Shown: in pieces, positions 45,032 to 55,568 of the stretch
How positions within the stretch are numbered: the first letter of the stretch is position 1
Layout: each line of letters opens with the position of its first letter
Notes under the pieces: generated by a model
Databases searched by the model: none
Seen by the model: only the letters and a program-made list of their open reading frames with translations
Told to the model about the DNA's origin: nothing
Assembly: GCA_030646915.1 (NCBI GenBank)
Contig: JAUSKT010000001.1
Span: forward strand, 1 to 63,434
DNA length: 63,434 nucleotides
Source: a bacterium
GTDB lineage: Bacteria > Patescibacteriota > Minisyncoccia > UBA6257 > 02-FULL-45-10c
Direction of reading: 5' to 3'
Position numbers and translations under genes: made by a program

Positions 45032-46300
45032 ATGTTTAAAAAAATAAAAAATCTGCTTTTTGAAAATCAAAGCTTGAAACAAAGAATCTTTAAAAATGCC
45101 TTTTGGCTTTTTTCCGGGCAAATTTTTGGACGATTAATAAGGGTAGCAATCGTAATATATGCAGCACGAATCCTCGGACCGGCAAGCTGGGGAGCATTTT
45201 CATATGCAATGAGCTTCGCGGCTTTTATGCTAATTTTTTCCGATCTGGGAATCAATGCAATTGTAACCAAAGAAGCGTCTAGAAATATTGAAATGGCAAA
45301 AAAATATTTTTCCACCGCATTTTTTATAAAATTAATTCTATTAATAATCGGGGTTTTAATTTTATTTGTGGCGCCCAATTTAACGAACTTAGAGGAGGCA
45401 AAGCAATTATTGCCTTTAATTTCCTTTATACTTATTTTTGACAGCTTAAGAAATTTCGGGTTTTCCATAAGCCGAGCGCATGAAAAAATGGAAATAGAAG
45501 GGTTAAATGAAATAGCTACTAATTTTTTTATAACCTTATTCGGCTTTATTGCTTTGAAAATAAATGGCACGAGCCAAAGCCTAACAATCGCCTACTCTGC
45601 CGCTATTATGCTGGGATTTTTATTGATCGCTTTTCAATTAAGGCACTATTTTAAAGAAGTAATTAATAATTTTGATTTTAATTTAATTAAGCCGATTCTT
45701 GAAACTGCTTGGCCATTTGCCTTAGCCGGATCACTTGGGGCAATAATGATTAATACAGACACCATTATTATCGGCTGGTTCCGCTCCGCGGCAGAAGTAG
45801 GATATTATTCCGCGGCACAACGGCCAGTCCAATTACTATACGTTCTGCCAACTCTTTTTGCCGCAAGCCTCTTCCCAAGCTTAAGTAGGATGGCAAAAGA
45901 AAAAATGGATTCATTTAAAGAAGTTCTTAAAAATGCTATTAAAATTTCTTTGATAGTTGCCATTCCCATAACTATTTTTGGAATTATTTTCGGAAGCCAA
46001 ATCATCAACCTGCTTTTTGGACAAGATTATCAATCCGCCACGCTTTCTTTTCAAATATTGATGCTGACTATTTTAGTGATTTTTCCATCGGCAATTATTG
46101 CCAATGCTAATTTAGCGGCCGATCAACAAAAGAATTTCATAATTTTTTCAGCGATTGGGGCAATTGGAAATATTATTTTAGATCTACTATTAATACCTAA
46201 ATGGGGCATTGCCGGCTCATCATTCGCAACCCTCGTAACCCAAATCATTGCTAATAGTTTTATTTGGTTTAAAATGAAAAAATTAATTGAATCCACATAA
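45032..46300 (+). CDS. Wzx flippase
   Basis: Multi-TM; ARILGP..WG, DLGI, DTIIIG...VGYYSAA. Confidence 0.9.
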   Translation: MFKKIKNLLFENQSLKQRIFKNAFWLFSGQIFGRLIRVAIVIYAARILGPASWGAFSYAMSFAAFMLIFSDLGINAIVTKEASRNIEMAKKYFSTAFFIKLILLIIGVLILFVAPNLTNLEEAKQLLPLISFILIFDSLRNFGFSISRAHEKMEIEGLNEIATNFFITLFGFIALKINGTSQSLTIAYSAAIMLGFLLIAFQLRHYFKEVINNFDFNLIKPILETAWPFALAGSLGAIMINTDTIIIGWFRSAAEVGYYSAAQRPVQLLYVLPTLFAASLFPSLSRMAKEKMDSFKEVLKNAIKISLIVAIPITIFGIIFGSQIINLLFGQDYQSATLSFQILMLTILVIFPSAIIANANLAADQQKNFIIFSAIGAIGNIILDLLLIPKWGIAGSSFATLVTQIIANSFIWFKMKKLIEST

Positions 46301-46343
46301 AACCTTTATCATGTTTAAAAGATTATATTAATATATAAAAATT

Positions 46344-47246
46344 ATGGAAAAATCACCTAAAATAGGCATTCTTGGAGTAGGATGGGTTGGCCAACAATTA
46401 AAAAGGTATTTTGAAGAAATTTGCGGATATCAATCCGGAAAAAATCTGTTTCTTTATGATATTGTTCCGGAAAAATGCGCAGGCGATATTAACGACGCTG
46501 AAATTATCTTCGTTACAGTTCCGACACCGCGCAATCCCAAAGATGGCTCCTGTGATATTTCTATAGTAATTGACGCGGTAAAAAAACTTAACGGAAATAA
46601 AATTGTAGTTTTAAAGTCTACCGTACCACCAGGAACAACAGAATTTTTTCAAAAAAACTACCCCCAGCACAAATTTTTATTTAATCCGGAATTTTTATCA
46701 GAAAGCCGCGCTTGGGAAGATCTAATACGGCCAGACAGACAGATTGTCGGTTTTACAGAAAAAAGTTTGGATGTTGCCAATTTAGTCCTGTCACTTTTAC
46801 CGAAAGCCCCATTTATGTCTCCCTGGGGAGTGGGAACCTATCACCAAACTAGAATTACAGCCACTGAAGCAGAAATGATAAAATATGCCGGCAATATTCA
46901 TTTTGTAAGAAAAGTGAATTGGGCTAATGCGCTAGTTAAACTTTCAGAAAAATTGGGCATTGATTACGAAAATATACGAAAAGGGATGGCTGCGGATCAT
47001 AGAATTGGTGACTCTCATCTAGACGTTAATCACGGCGGTTATCGCGGCTGGGGAGGATCCTGTTTCCCAAAAGATCTGGATGCTTTCATCCAATTTTCAA
47101 AAGACTCAAATATTAAAGATGTGGCTTCAATTCTGCAATCAGACAGAGACTTTAATGAAAATCTTCTTAAAGAACAAGGATTATCTTTAGAAAAAGTCAG
47201 CCATCATATTGATGTCTTAGTAAAAAAACTTAAAAAAGGTAAATGA
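46344..47246 (+). CDS. UDP-glucose/GDP-mannose dehydrogenase family protein, short form without C-terminal domain
   Basis: GVGWVG, VPTP, KSTVPPG, NPEFL, GGSCFPKD. Confidence 0.88.
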   Translation: MEKSPKIGILGVGWVGQQLKRYFEEICGYQSGKNLFLYDIVPEKCAGDINDAEIIFVTVPTPRNPKDGSCDISIVIDAVKKLNGNKIVVLKSTVPPGTTEFFQKNYPQHKFLFNPEFLSESRAWEDLIRPDRQIVGFTEKSLDVANLVLSLLPKAPFMSPWGVGTYHQTRITATEAEMIKYAGNIHFVRKVNWANALVKLSEKLGIDYENIRKGMAADHRIGDSHLDVNHGGYRGWGGSCFPKDLDAFIQFSKDSNIKDVASILQSDRDFNENLLKEQGLSLEKVSHHIDVLVKKLKKGK

Positions 47247-47250
47247 AACT

Positions 47251-47341
47251 CCACGGCCTAATAGTTCGACAAGCTCACTATAAGCGGCCGTGGTTTCGCC
47301 CCCACACTTAATAATTACCTCCGGATTGTTAGGTGTGGGGG
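47251..47341. repeat. Composite REP cluster: CCACGGCC...GGCCGTGG enclosing TTCGACAAGCTCA, then CCCCCACAC...GTGTGGGGG
   Basis: Three recognisable palindromic units in about 90 bp; a terminator-like hairpin follows at about 47367-47392. Confidence 0.75.
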
Positions 47342-47412
47342 TTTAGTAAGGTATTTCGGCATATAATAAATCCCGCTTTTAGCGGGATTTATAATCTCAA
47401 GTTATTTTTATT

Positions 47413-48390
47413 TTAAGTTCCAATCAGGAATGGCAACGGACTTTGTGGGTTTGGTGCTGGCTGTGATTGCTGAGCTTTCAACTGCGCCTGTAAAGCTTCT
47501 ATTTGCTTTAAAAGACTTTGAAGTTGAGATTGAAGCGCAGAATTATCTGTGGCTGGAGTTGGAGTCGAAGCTGCCGGGGCTGGAGTTAATTCAGAAGCTG
47601 GAGCTACAGGCGCAACTGCACCATTGCCATAAACTTCCGATAACTTTGCTCTAGTTTTAGGACCCAAACGTCCATTACCCGACTCATTAGCGCTCTTTAT
47701 AACTCCATGTTTAAGCTGAAAACGACGCACTGCATTTTCGGTCAATTGGCCATACAAACCAGTGGCTAATCCTTCCGGATAAACATCTTTGTCTTGAGCA
47801 AGAAGCTGCTGAACTCTTTTAACATCATCATTCCGAGCTCCACGAACCAAATCTTTATTAAAGACTGGAGAAACTGCTTGAGCTACCGCTGATGGCTGAG
47901 CTACGGATGGGGCTTTAGGAACACTTGGAGTTGGCGCTGGGGCTGGAGTTGTTGGGGCATAACTATAAGAACCGCCACCGCCTCCACCACCGCCACCTCC
48001 GCCTCCTTCTCCGCTGCCATCGCATGTTTCTGAAGTAGAAGGGGTAATAGTAACTGTAATCGCTCCAGAAGCTTGGGTTGTGGTTAAACTCATTGAAGAT
48101 TCGCTAGCGGTACAGGTATTAGCTGATTTTACATAAGTTAAAGGATCGACAGTAAACTTTCTTCGATCAGCCGAACTAACGCCGAAAGTTCCTCCTGGTG
48201 AAAGCGTAACAGTAAAACTGCTGGCGCTAACATCCATTGAATCAATTATCCTGTCGGTACCAGATACAACCAATGTATAATTACTAACCGAAAGCTGCGC
48301 TCCACCGGAAGTTAAAGTAACATCGTTTGCCGCTAATACTAAAGAGGTTGAGGTTATCAATCCGACTAGAATTGATAGATATTTTTTCAT
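47413..48390 (-). CDS. Secreted peptidoglycan-binding domain protein
   Basis: Signal peptide, Gly/Pro linker, LVRGARNDDVKRVQQLL...TGLYGQLTENAVRRFQ...GPKTRAKL. Confidence 0.88.
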   Translation of the reverse strand: MKKYLSILVGLITSTSLVLAANDVTLTSGGAQLSVSNYTLVVSGTDRIIDSMDVSASSFTVTLSPGGTFGVSSADRRKFTVDPLTYVKSANTCTASESSMSLTTTQASGAITVTITPSTSETCDGSGEGGGGGGGGGGGGSYSYAPTTPAPAPTPSVPKAPSVAQPSAVAQAVSPVFNKDLVRGARNDDVKRVQQLLAQDKDVYPEGLATGLYGQLTENAVRRFQLKHGVIKSANESGNGRLGPKTRAKLSEVYGNGAVAPVAPASELTPAPAASTPTPATDNSALQSQLQSLLKQIEALQAQLKAQQSQPAPNPQSPLPFLIGT

Positions 48391-48434
48391 AAATTATTAA
48401 ACGAAATTTAAATTTACAATCTTAATTAACTTAA

Positions 48435-49385
48435 TTACTTGCAAGCACCAAGTTCTAGAAGAAAAGTCGCACCAGATCCAGTCGTAGAGGCGCCTGCCCC
48501 GGTAACGACGTACGCACGATAAGCACCTAATTGTACACAAGGACGCGTATTCGCCTTAGTAGTATTTAGATACAATGTTGTGGTTGCACTACCAACAGCT
48601 GCAAATTCTGCCGCTGGAGTAGAAGTAGCGACACCAATACCTTGTAATGTGGTAGAAGTGCTACTAGCAACAATACTTCCAGTAGAAGTTATTGCCCCGG
48701 ATGTATCAAAGTTTCCGTTTGAAGCCGTAGTAGTAGCCATGCTATTAAAATTCACATTACCATAATGATTAGTAACTCCGGTTACCGATAAGGTGCTGGA
48801 GGCATTTACAGGACCACTCACTTTTAACATATCGGATAAAGTAGCAACTCCAGTCACATTTAATCTTCCTAAGCTGACTAAATTGTTAGAAAATGTTCCA
48901 AATCCCGCAGATAATCCAGCTATCGTAGAAGTTCCGCTAATATTAAGAGTTGAGGAAAAAGTGGAAGAGGCAGTGGAAAGAATACCGCCAGTATTAAATA
49001 TTTGCAAACCAGTCCAGATGTTGCTGGCAGAAGTTGAAGTAGCTGTCCCGATACAAGATCCGCTTGCATCTATGAAACAACCGGAACTTAACCGAATACC
49101 ATTTTGGAAAGTAGAAGTGGCAGTAGAAGAAGCCTGAATCATACCGGAAATATGCAACGGACCAACAATAGAAGAAGACGCTACGGAAATATAACCACCG
49201 GTTAAAGTAGCCAATCCCGTAAGAGCCGATGTGCTGGTAACGGTTAAAGTACCGCCAGTATTTATATTTGAACTGATAGTTGTTGCGCCAAAAGCGGCTG
49301 CCCATACGACCAATAAGGAAAGAACAACTGCAGAAATAACAGCAAAATATTGCTGCGTTCTAGTTAAAACATTACTTTTATTCAT
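48435..49385 (-). CDS. Secreted Ser/Thr-rich beta-repeat surface protein
   Basis: Signal peptide ending AFG|ATTISSNI; recurring ASST motifs. Confidence 0.75.
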   Translation of the reverse strand: MNKSNVLTRTQQYFAVISAVVLSLLVVWAAAFGATTISSNINTGGTLTVTSTSALTGLATLTGGYISVASSSIVGPLHISGMIQASSTATSTFQNGIRLSSGCFIDASGSCIGTATSTSASNIWTGLQIFNTGGILSTASSTFSSTLNISGTSTIAGLSAGFGTFSNNLVSLGRLNVTGVATLSDMLKVSGPVNASSTLSVTGVTNHYGNVNFNSMATTTASNGNFDTSGAITSTGSIVASSTSTTLQGIGVATSTPAAEFAAVGSATTTLYLNTTKANTRPCVQLGAYRAYVVTGAGASTTGSGATFLLELGACK

Positions 49386-49549
49386 AATTTTTATCTTTTA
49401 TTTATTTTCATTCCGTTATCTTAAGAAACGGAGTGAAACGACCTAATTTATTTTTCCGACCTATTTTATTAATTTTTAATAATGCTATTAGTATAAAATT
49501 ATTTGGATATTAGGAGATGTGGGGGGGGGTGTGGATAACTTTTTCATTC

Positions 49550-49712
49550 GCTTATTATTCTCGCCAACGACTGCTCCAGCTTTAACAAATAATATTCGCT
49601 CATATACGGAAATTTATCACCCTAGTCATTCTTCCTGGGTATCCCGATAAATTTCCTATTCTCTCATTTATTTGCAATAAAGCCTCCGCAATGTTGGCTC
49701 GAATAACCAAGC
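49550..49712. repeat. ~165-nt long-hairpin element, copy B
   Basis: CTGCTCC, ATTCGCTCAT, TCACCCTAGTCATT..TTCCTGGGTATCCCGA and GCCTCCGCAATGTT are shared with the reverse complement of 26934-27098. Confidence 0.85.
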
Positions 49713-49823
49713 TCACTCAGCTTATTTTTTTTAAAGCTCCGTATTTGCCATACAACAAATAGTTATAGCTCGTTCTTAATAAGAGGCGATATTTATCTTT
49801 TAGTCTAATAAAATTAGCTTCGC

Positions 49824-52019
49824 TTACTTTTCGGATTTTATCTGCTGGATGTAAGCTTCCCCCTCTGCTTTAAAAGAAGGGTTTATTTGGATTGCCTCTT
49901 GGATAGTTCCAATAGCGGCAGTTTTATTTCCAGCCGAAAGATAAGCGCCGGCCAAATTTTTTCGGTATTCCAAGTTATCCGGATTCTTTTTTACAAAAGC
50001 TCCCCAGACGCCGACTAAGCGGTTATAATTTTTAACCCGAGAATAAGCTTGCGCTAAAATCTGATCCGCAACATCCACGGCGCCAAATCCTTCTTTTAAT
50101 AATTTTTCAGATTCAGCTTGCTGATTATTCAAAATATAAGCGGCGGATAAATTAATCCGCCCGCTGCTAAATTCCGTATCAAGTTTGAAAGATTTTTCCA
50201 GCGCCAAAATAGCGTTTTGATAATCGCCTTTTTGAAGATAAACATCAGCCAATTCAAAATAAATTTGCTGTTTTTGCGGAGACAATTCTATCGCCTTATT
50301 AAAAACTGCGAGCGCTTGATCTGATAAGCCGACTTTTTGATAAATCGTTCCTAAAAATAAATAAGATCGCGGATCCAATGGATTTTCAGCAACGCTTTTC
50401 TCAGCCTCTTCAATAGCCTTCCGAAGCATCTTATCTCGAAAATCCGCGCCTAATTCTTGAATTCCGCCGGCGCCAATAGCAAATCTTATTAGTTGTTCCC
50501 GGATTTCCTGATTGCCCAAAGTATTATAAGATAAGGCTTTACTAAATTTTTCAAAAGCTAGCGGAATATTTTGGCCCTGGATTGCCAAAGCGCTTAAAAG
50601 ATTTAAATTAGCCAGCAAAGGTCTGACATTAATAAAATATATAATTGACACCAACGGCACCAATAAAATTCCGGCAACCACGGGCCAATCACTACGCTCC
50701 CGGCTAATTGATAAAGTAGTAGTTTCCTTAACAGAAAAACTATTGATATAAGCTAGGATCGCAAAAAAACCGATATAAGTCGCAATCTGATCAAACACAA
50801 AAAAGTTTTGCGCCAAATAAACCAATAAGAACGTAGCAATCAAAAGCGCCCGTTCCAAAGAAATATTTTTTTTATTAAAATGCTGCCAAAGCAAAAACAT
50901 TGCTGCCACAAAAATTCCAAAATATGATAAAATGCCCAAAATACCGGCATTAATCAGCCAATCAAAAACAATGTTATGAGACCGATCAAACCACGGCTCC
51001 TGTTGCCAAAGCTCCGCTTTAAAATACTTAGAAAAGACAATATCATAATTACTTGGTCCCCAACCTAAAATCGGGCGTTCTTTAAAACCTTCAAAACTCA
51101 TGCTCCAAATCGTAAATCTGGAAGTTATAGTTCGCTCCTGCAAAGAAAAAGAAGTTAATCTATTAAGAATTGGATTATTTCTTATTAAAGAAGTGTCTTT
51201 TAAAAACCAAGTAACTGCTGGAATTGTGACTAAAAACGCAAGTATGATTAAAATTGCCTTTTTATTTAGCGCTGCTTTATCTTGATCGTCGGAATGTTTC
51301 AATAAAAGATATAAAACAACAAAAATCATGGCACCTCCTAAAAGAGCAAGCGTAGCTCCCCTAGTGGCGGTAAAATAAATAGTAATCAAAGTCCAAACCG
51401 CCATTATCCCGTAAAAATATTTTTGCCATTTCTGTTTGGCATCCATCCAAAGTAAAAAACAAAAACTCAAAATAAATATCAGATATGCCGCTAAATAGGT
51501 CGGATTGCCTATAGTACCATCAGCGCGGCTCGTACCGCCTTGCGGCGATAATAATACTCCGATACTTTGTAAAAATGCATAAGAATTTTCATAAATAGCA
51601 GCTAATACAAATAAATTTAAAAAAGTATGCCAATCTGACTTTCGAAATATATGCGTCAAAACTAAAAAATAAGCGAATAGATGGAGATAAGAAACTAGCC
51701 CTTCCATTCTTTCAAAATTTGACCAAAAACTTTTGGCAGAATTAGCTCCAAAAACTGTCGCTAAAGTGACGACGACAATAAAAATACTTAAGGCCAAAGT
51801 TAAATAAGTTTTTTTAGGACGATACTCTTTATACAAAATTGCTAAAAATACCCACGCCGCAAATACAATTTCTATCACTATCCGAAACACAAAAGCCTTG
51901 CCGGTTATATAAGGAAAAAATAATACTTTAGAAATGTAAAGCGGTATAAAAGGAACTATAAAAAGTCCGCCTTTAATTATCCATAAAACAGCCGATTTCG
52001 CAGTAACTTTATTAGACAT
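49824..52019 (-). CDS. O-antigen ligase / oligosaccharyltransferase-like protein with TPR tail
   Basis: GTIGNPTY, TATRGA, RFTIW...RPILGWGP, DRSHNI; C-terminal TPRs. Confidence 0.9.
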   Translation of the reverse strand: MSNKVTAKSAVLWIIKGGLFIVPFIPLYISKVLFFPYITGKAFVFRIVIEIVFAAWVFLAILYKEYRPKKTYLTLALSIFIVVVTLATVFGANSAKSFWSNFERMEGLVSYLHLFAYFLVLTHIFRKSDWHTFLNLFVLAAIYENSYAFLQSIGVLLSPQGGTSRADGTIGNPTYLAAYLIFILSFCFLLWMDAKQKWQKYFYGIMAVWTLITIYFTATRGATLALLGGAMIFVVLYLLLKHSDDQDKAALNKKAILIILAFLVTIPAVTWFLKDTSLIRNNPILNRLTSFSLQERTITSRFTIWSMSFEGFKERPILGWGPSNYDIVFSKYFKAELWQQEPWFDRSHNIVFDWLINAGILGILSYFGIFVAAMFLLWQHFNKKNISLERALLIATFLLVYLAQNFFVFDQIATYIGFFAILAYINSFSVKETTTLSISRERSDWPVVAGILLVPLVSIIYFINVRPLLANLNLLSALAIQGQNIPLAFEKFSKALSYNTLGNQEIREQLIRFAIGAGGIQELGADFRDKMLRKAIEEAEKSVAENPLDPRSYLFLGTIYQKVGLSDQALAVFNKAIELSPQKQQIYFELADVYLQKGDYQNAILALEKSFKLDTEFSSGRINLSAAYILNNQQAESEKLLKEGFGAVDVADQILAQAYSRVKNYNRLVGVWGAFVKKNPDNLEYRKNLAGAYLSAGNKTAAIGTIQEAIQINPSFKAEGEAYIQQIKSEK

Positions 52020-52041
52020 AAGAATTACTATAACCTTTATA

Positions 52042-52731
52042 TTATTTTTCTACAACGCATTTAAAAACCAGATGCTTCATTCTTTTATGCAGAAACGGCA
52101 AAAAGACAGCCGCCAAGCGGTCAAACTTATGTTTCCATCCATAAAAACGGAGAGCATCAGCTCCGCGATAATTAGTAACCTGAAAATTATGCTTTTCTAA
52201 AATCTACTTCATCTCTTTGAAATCAAAAAATCGGTCATCTACCGGCTGAATATTTTTCCGGCTTTTAATATAATTTTTAAATAAAAGCCATTTCCGATTA
52301 GGAACAGTAACAATGAATTTTCCATTTGAACGCAAAACGCGCTTAACTTCCGCTAATGCCTTATCAATATCCAATAGATATGGAAATACTCCAACCATAA
52401 TGACTAAATCAAACGAATTGTCTAAAAAAGGCATGATCTCTACATCGCCCTTGACCAGCATGGCCTGAGGAAGGATCTTTTTAGTCATTTCCAAAAGACG
52501 GCTGGAAAGATCAATGCCGGTCAAACTTTTGATATGATGGCCTCCTCGTTCGGAAATTTTTTTTAATACCGTCCCTTGCCCGACACCAGCTTCTAAGATG
52601 TCCCCATGGAAATCTTTTTCAATGGCCAGCATATCATTATAATATTCTTCCGAAACATACATCTTTCCGGCGATTGCGTCATAGCCAGCCTCAATATCTT
52701 TTTTAGTAACTATAGAACGGTCAATTGGCAT
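52042..52731 (-). pseudogene. Class I SAM methyltransferase with internal TAG at 52204-52206
   Basis: ILEAGVGQG, GIDLS, FDLV, VPN motifs; the frame continues 53 codons past TAG to TAA at 52042-52044. Confidence 0.75.
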
Positions 52732-53869
52732 GTTTTTTATTATAAAAATCTGAAACTAATTTTTCAAAAGTTTTTTCATAATTTTGCATCGTATACGGCT
52801 TAACCATTTCTGCGCCAGCTCTTCCTATTTTCTCGCTCGCTGCATTGTCCCTAAGCAAGATTAAAATTTTATCTGCAAGTTCTTTAGAATTTGCAGGCGG
52901 CACCGTAAAGCCAGTTTCATTATTTTTTACAAAAATTGGAATATCGCCGATTGCACTTGACACGACTGGCTTTCCAAAACTTAACGCTTCCATAATAGCA
53001 AACGGCATATCAGTTCTAGTGGATGGATCCGCAAAAATATCCGCTACCGGCAAAATATTTTCAATATCTGATTTCCCCAAAAATAATCCGGGGAATAAGA
53101 CTTTACTTTCTAACTTTAGACTTTTGACTTGCGACTTTAAGCTTTCCTCCAATGGCCCCCAGCCAACTATTAAAAAATAAACTTGGGGAAATTTTTCTAA
53201 AACTAATTTAGCGGCATCAATCAGATATTTATGTCCCTTTTCCGGAACTAACCGGCTGATTGTCAACACAACTTTAGATTCTTTAGGCAATCCCAAATCC
53301 TTGCGGATTAAATCAGGATTTCTTCCTTTTGTTTTATCGACAAAAGATGGCGCGTACATTGTTATGAATTTTTCTAAGGGAATTTTTTCTTGCTTAACGG
53401 TAAAAAATTTCGCCGCATCTGAATCAGTGATTATCTTATTGGTCCATTTGGATAAAATCCAATCCATCCAAATCTGCCATTGATGCTTGTCTTCATATAT
53501 ATTGTGTTCATGAATAATTATTACCGGGACCCCGGCAAAAATTGCTGCAATCCGGACAATTAAATTAGCGGAAAAAAGCGACGTAATAACCGCATCAAAT
53601 TTCTCTCTCTGGAGAAAGCGGAATAATTTCAGCCAAGAAATTAAATCAAATAAAGATCGAAAATCCAATTTCTTCCAATGGTCATCCGCTAAAACAATCT
53701 TTTCTTCAAAAGTCGCGCTTTTTTTCTCCGGAAACAAAGTTAAAAGATAGGGGTCAAATTTTGCCCCATCAACAGCCGGCAATTGGTTTACCAATAATTT
53801 TTCCGCCCCGCCTACGCTTAACCTGCCTATGGCAAAAAGTATTTTTAATTTCCCCCCATTATGAATCAT
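52721..53869 (-). CDS. GT4 glycosyltransferase
   Basis: GGAEK, SRLVPEKG, MEALSFGKPVV. Confidence 0.92.
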   Translation of the reverse strand: MIHNGGKLKILFAIGRLSVGGAEKLLVNQLPAVDGAKFDPYLLTLFPEKKSATFEEKIVLADDHWKKLDFRSLFDLISWLKLFRFLQREKFDAVITSLFSANLIVRIAAIFAGVPVIIIHEHNIYEDKHQWQIWMDWILSKWTNKIITDSDAAKFFTVKQEKIPLEKFITMYAPSFVDKTKGRNPDLIRKDLGLPKESKVVLTISRLVPEKGHKYLIDAAKLVLEKFPQVYFLIVGWGPLEESLKSQVKSLKLESKVLFPGLFLGKSDIENILPVADIFADPSTRTDMPFAIMEALSFGKPVVSSAIGDIPIFVKNNETGFTVPPANSKELADKILILLRDNAASEKIGRAGAEMVKPYTMQNYEKTFEKLVSDFYNKKHAN

Positions 53870-53945
53870 AATATTGTAACTCTCAGATAAATTATAGAGT
53901 AACTCTTTGAAAAGCCGTGTTCTGGTATAATATAAATAATAAAAT

Positions 53946-55565
53946 ATGAAAAGTGATTTAAAGGCAATATTTGCCCTTATAACAACTTATACGATAGGAA
54001 ATTTTCTTCTTCTCTTTAATCGGGGGATGTATTGGGATGGCTGGGATTTGATAACTCTATTAGGAGAGAAAAAATACGGCCTGCTCCGGGAGATTTATTA
54101 TGCTCAATTTCAACGATATACTGAATATTATATACTGCGACTTTTAGGATTAACCGATAATCCCCTGCTCATCAGCAAATTCCTCGCCTTTGCAAGCTGG
54201 ATTTTAGCCGGGCTTTTCCTTTATGGAATACTGAGAAAGAAATTTTCGCTTCCTATAAATAAAGCCTTTTTCTTATCCTCTTTTTTCTCATTAATTCCAA
54301 TTTATTTGGTAAAAATAGATCTGGCTTTCGCGCATTATTTCGTGAATAATACGTTATTTTTTGGCGCGGTATTTTTATATTTTCTCGTTGAAAAAAATAA
54401 AAACCTGTTCATCAAATATACGGGACTGATTTTTTCTTGGATAATATTTTTTATATCTTTCAACACGGAATCGCTGTTAGTTTTTTATGGAGGATTTTTA
54501 TTAATATTGTTTTTGGATCGCAGAAAAGAGCTTACGGATAAACCGCTATTCTCATTAATAATTTCTTGGCTGAAAAAAGATTTTATATTTATAATTTTGC
54601 CCGTAATCTTCTGGGCAATAAAATTAATGATTGGAAAACCGATCAGCGGACCGGAAAGCTACTATAATGAATTTCTTCCTCTAAATACCAACTCTCTAAT
54701 GTACTCTATTCAAAACATCTGGCAATTTATAACTTACGGATTCTTTTGGCCGATTATCGCCCCCATTACAATATTAGATAGAAAAATATTTACCGGAATT
54801 TTTTTAACAATCCTTGGCCTGTTTTATGTAATAACTAAAAAGATTTTTTCATTAAATGATCAAGGAGCTGATTTCTCTCCTAAACAATATATTAGCTTCG
54901 GTTTTTTTCTATTTATATTAGGAATGATTCCTTATCTCGCGGTAGGAAAAGCCCCCCAGGTCTTCGGAAATGGCTTTGGAATGCGGCACGCCCTACTTTT
55001 ACCAATTGGGTCATCTTTAATCATTTTAGGCGCTATTCTCACTATGATAAAAGATCGTTGGCAAATTCTTCTGCAAATAATCCTTTTGGCGCTCTTTTCA
55101 ACGTTTACTATCTATAATTATTATTGGCTGGATATGGATTGGTATAAGCAACAAGCCATTATAGAAAGTTTAAGAGAAACAAAATATGAATCTATCAAAA
55201 ACGCTTCAACGATAATTTTTCACGATAACACGGGAATCAATTGGCAAAATAGAAATGTCCGCAGCGCGGAATATTTCAGTTATGTGTATAGCGCCTTTCC
55301 TAAAAACCATAGCAAGCTTGTAGCTACTGAAGAATATAATCCCATTGAACAATACTCTTTTGCCAAGATGCGGACCGAATTTCCCCTAAATTTTAATCCA
55401 TTAAAAAATGTTATTAAAATTGATATTATTTCCAAAGCAACCAGTGAAATACCGACAATTTCTAATTGGCTATCAATTAAAAAATCAGAAATCTTTTCTG
55501 ATAACTCAGTTTTCTTAGAAAAAATAAAAAATATCTATAAGATTGAGACTGTTCCGCGTTCTTAA
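53946..55565 (+). CDS. Polytopic GT-C-like (GtrII-type) membrane protein
   Basis: TM1 followed by YWDGWD acidic loop, about 11 TM segments and a soluble tail; AT-rich and on the opposite strand to the cluster. Confidence 0.65.
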   Translation: MKSDLKAIFALITTYTIGNFLLLFNRGMYWDGWDLITLLGEKKYGLLREIYYAQFQRYTEYYILRLLGLTDNPLLISKFLAFASWILAGLFLYGILRKKFSLPINKAFFLSSFFSLIPIYLVKIDLAFAHYFVNNTLFFGAVFLYFLVEKNKNLFIKYTGLIFSWIIFFISFNTESLLVFYGGFLLILFLDRRKELTDKPLFSLIISWLKKDFIFIILPVIFWAIKLMIGKPISGPESYYNEFLPLNTNSLMYSIQNIWQFITYGFFWPIIAPITILDRKIFTGIFLTILGLFYVITKKIFSLNDQGADFSPKQYISFGFFLFILGMIPYLAVGKAPQVFGNGFGMRHALLLPIGSSLIILGAILTMIKDRWQILLQIILLALFSTFTIYNYYWLDMDWYKQQAIIESLRETKYESIKNASTIIFHDNTGINWQNRNVRSAEYFSYVYSAFPKNHSKLVATEEYNPIEQYSFAKMRTEFPLNFNPLKNVIKIDIISKATSEIPTISNWLSIKKSEIFSDNSVFLEKIKNIYKIETVPRS

Positions 55566-55568
55566 AAA

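Noticed and set aside
49530..49538. Replication origin
   Set aside because: A single intergenic DnaA box with no cluster and no dnaA/dnaN context.
52204..52206. Genome-wide stop codon reassignment (TAG or TGA)
   Set aside because: TAG and TGA terminate recognisable full-length genes at their expected ends (fba, RelE toxin, transketolase N subunit, sugar transferase).
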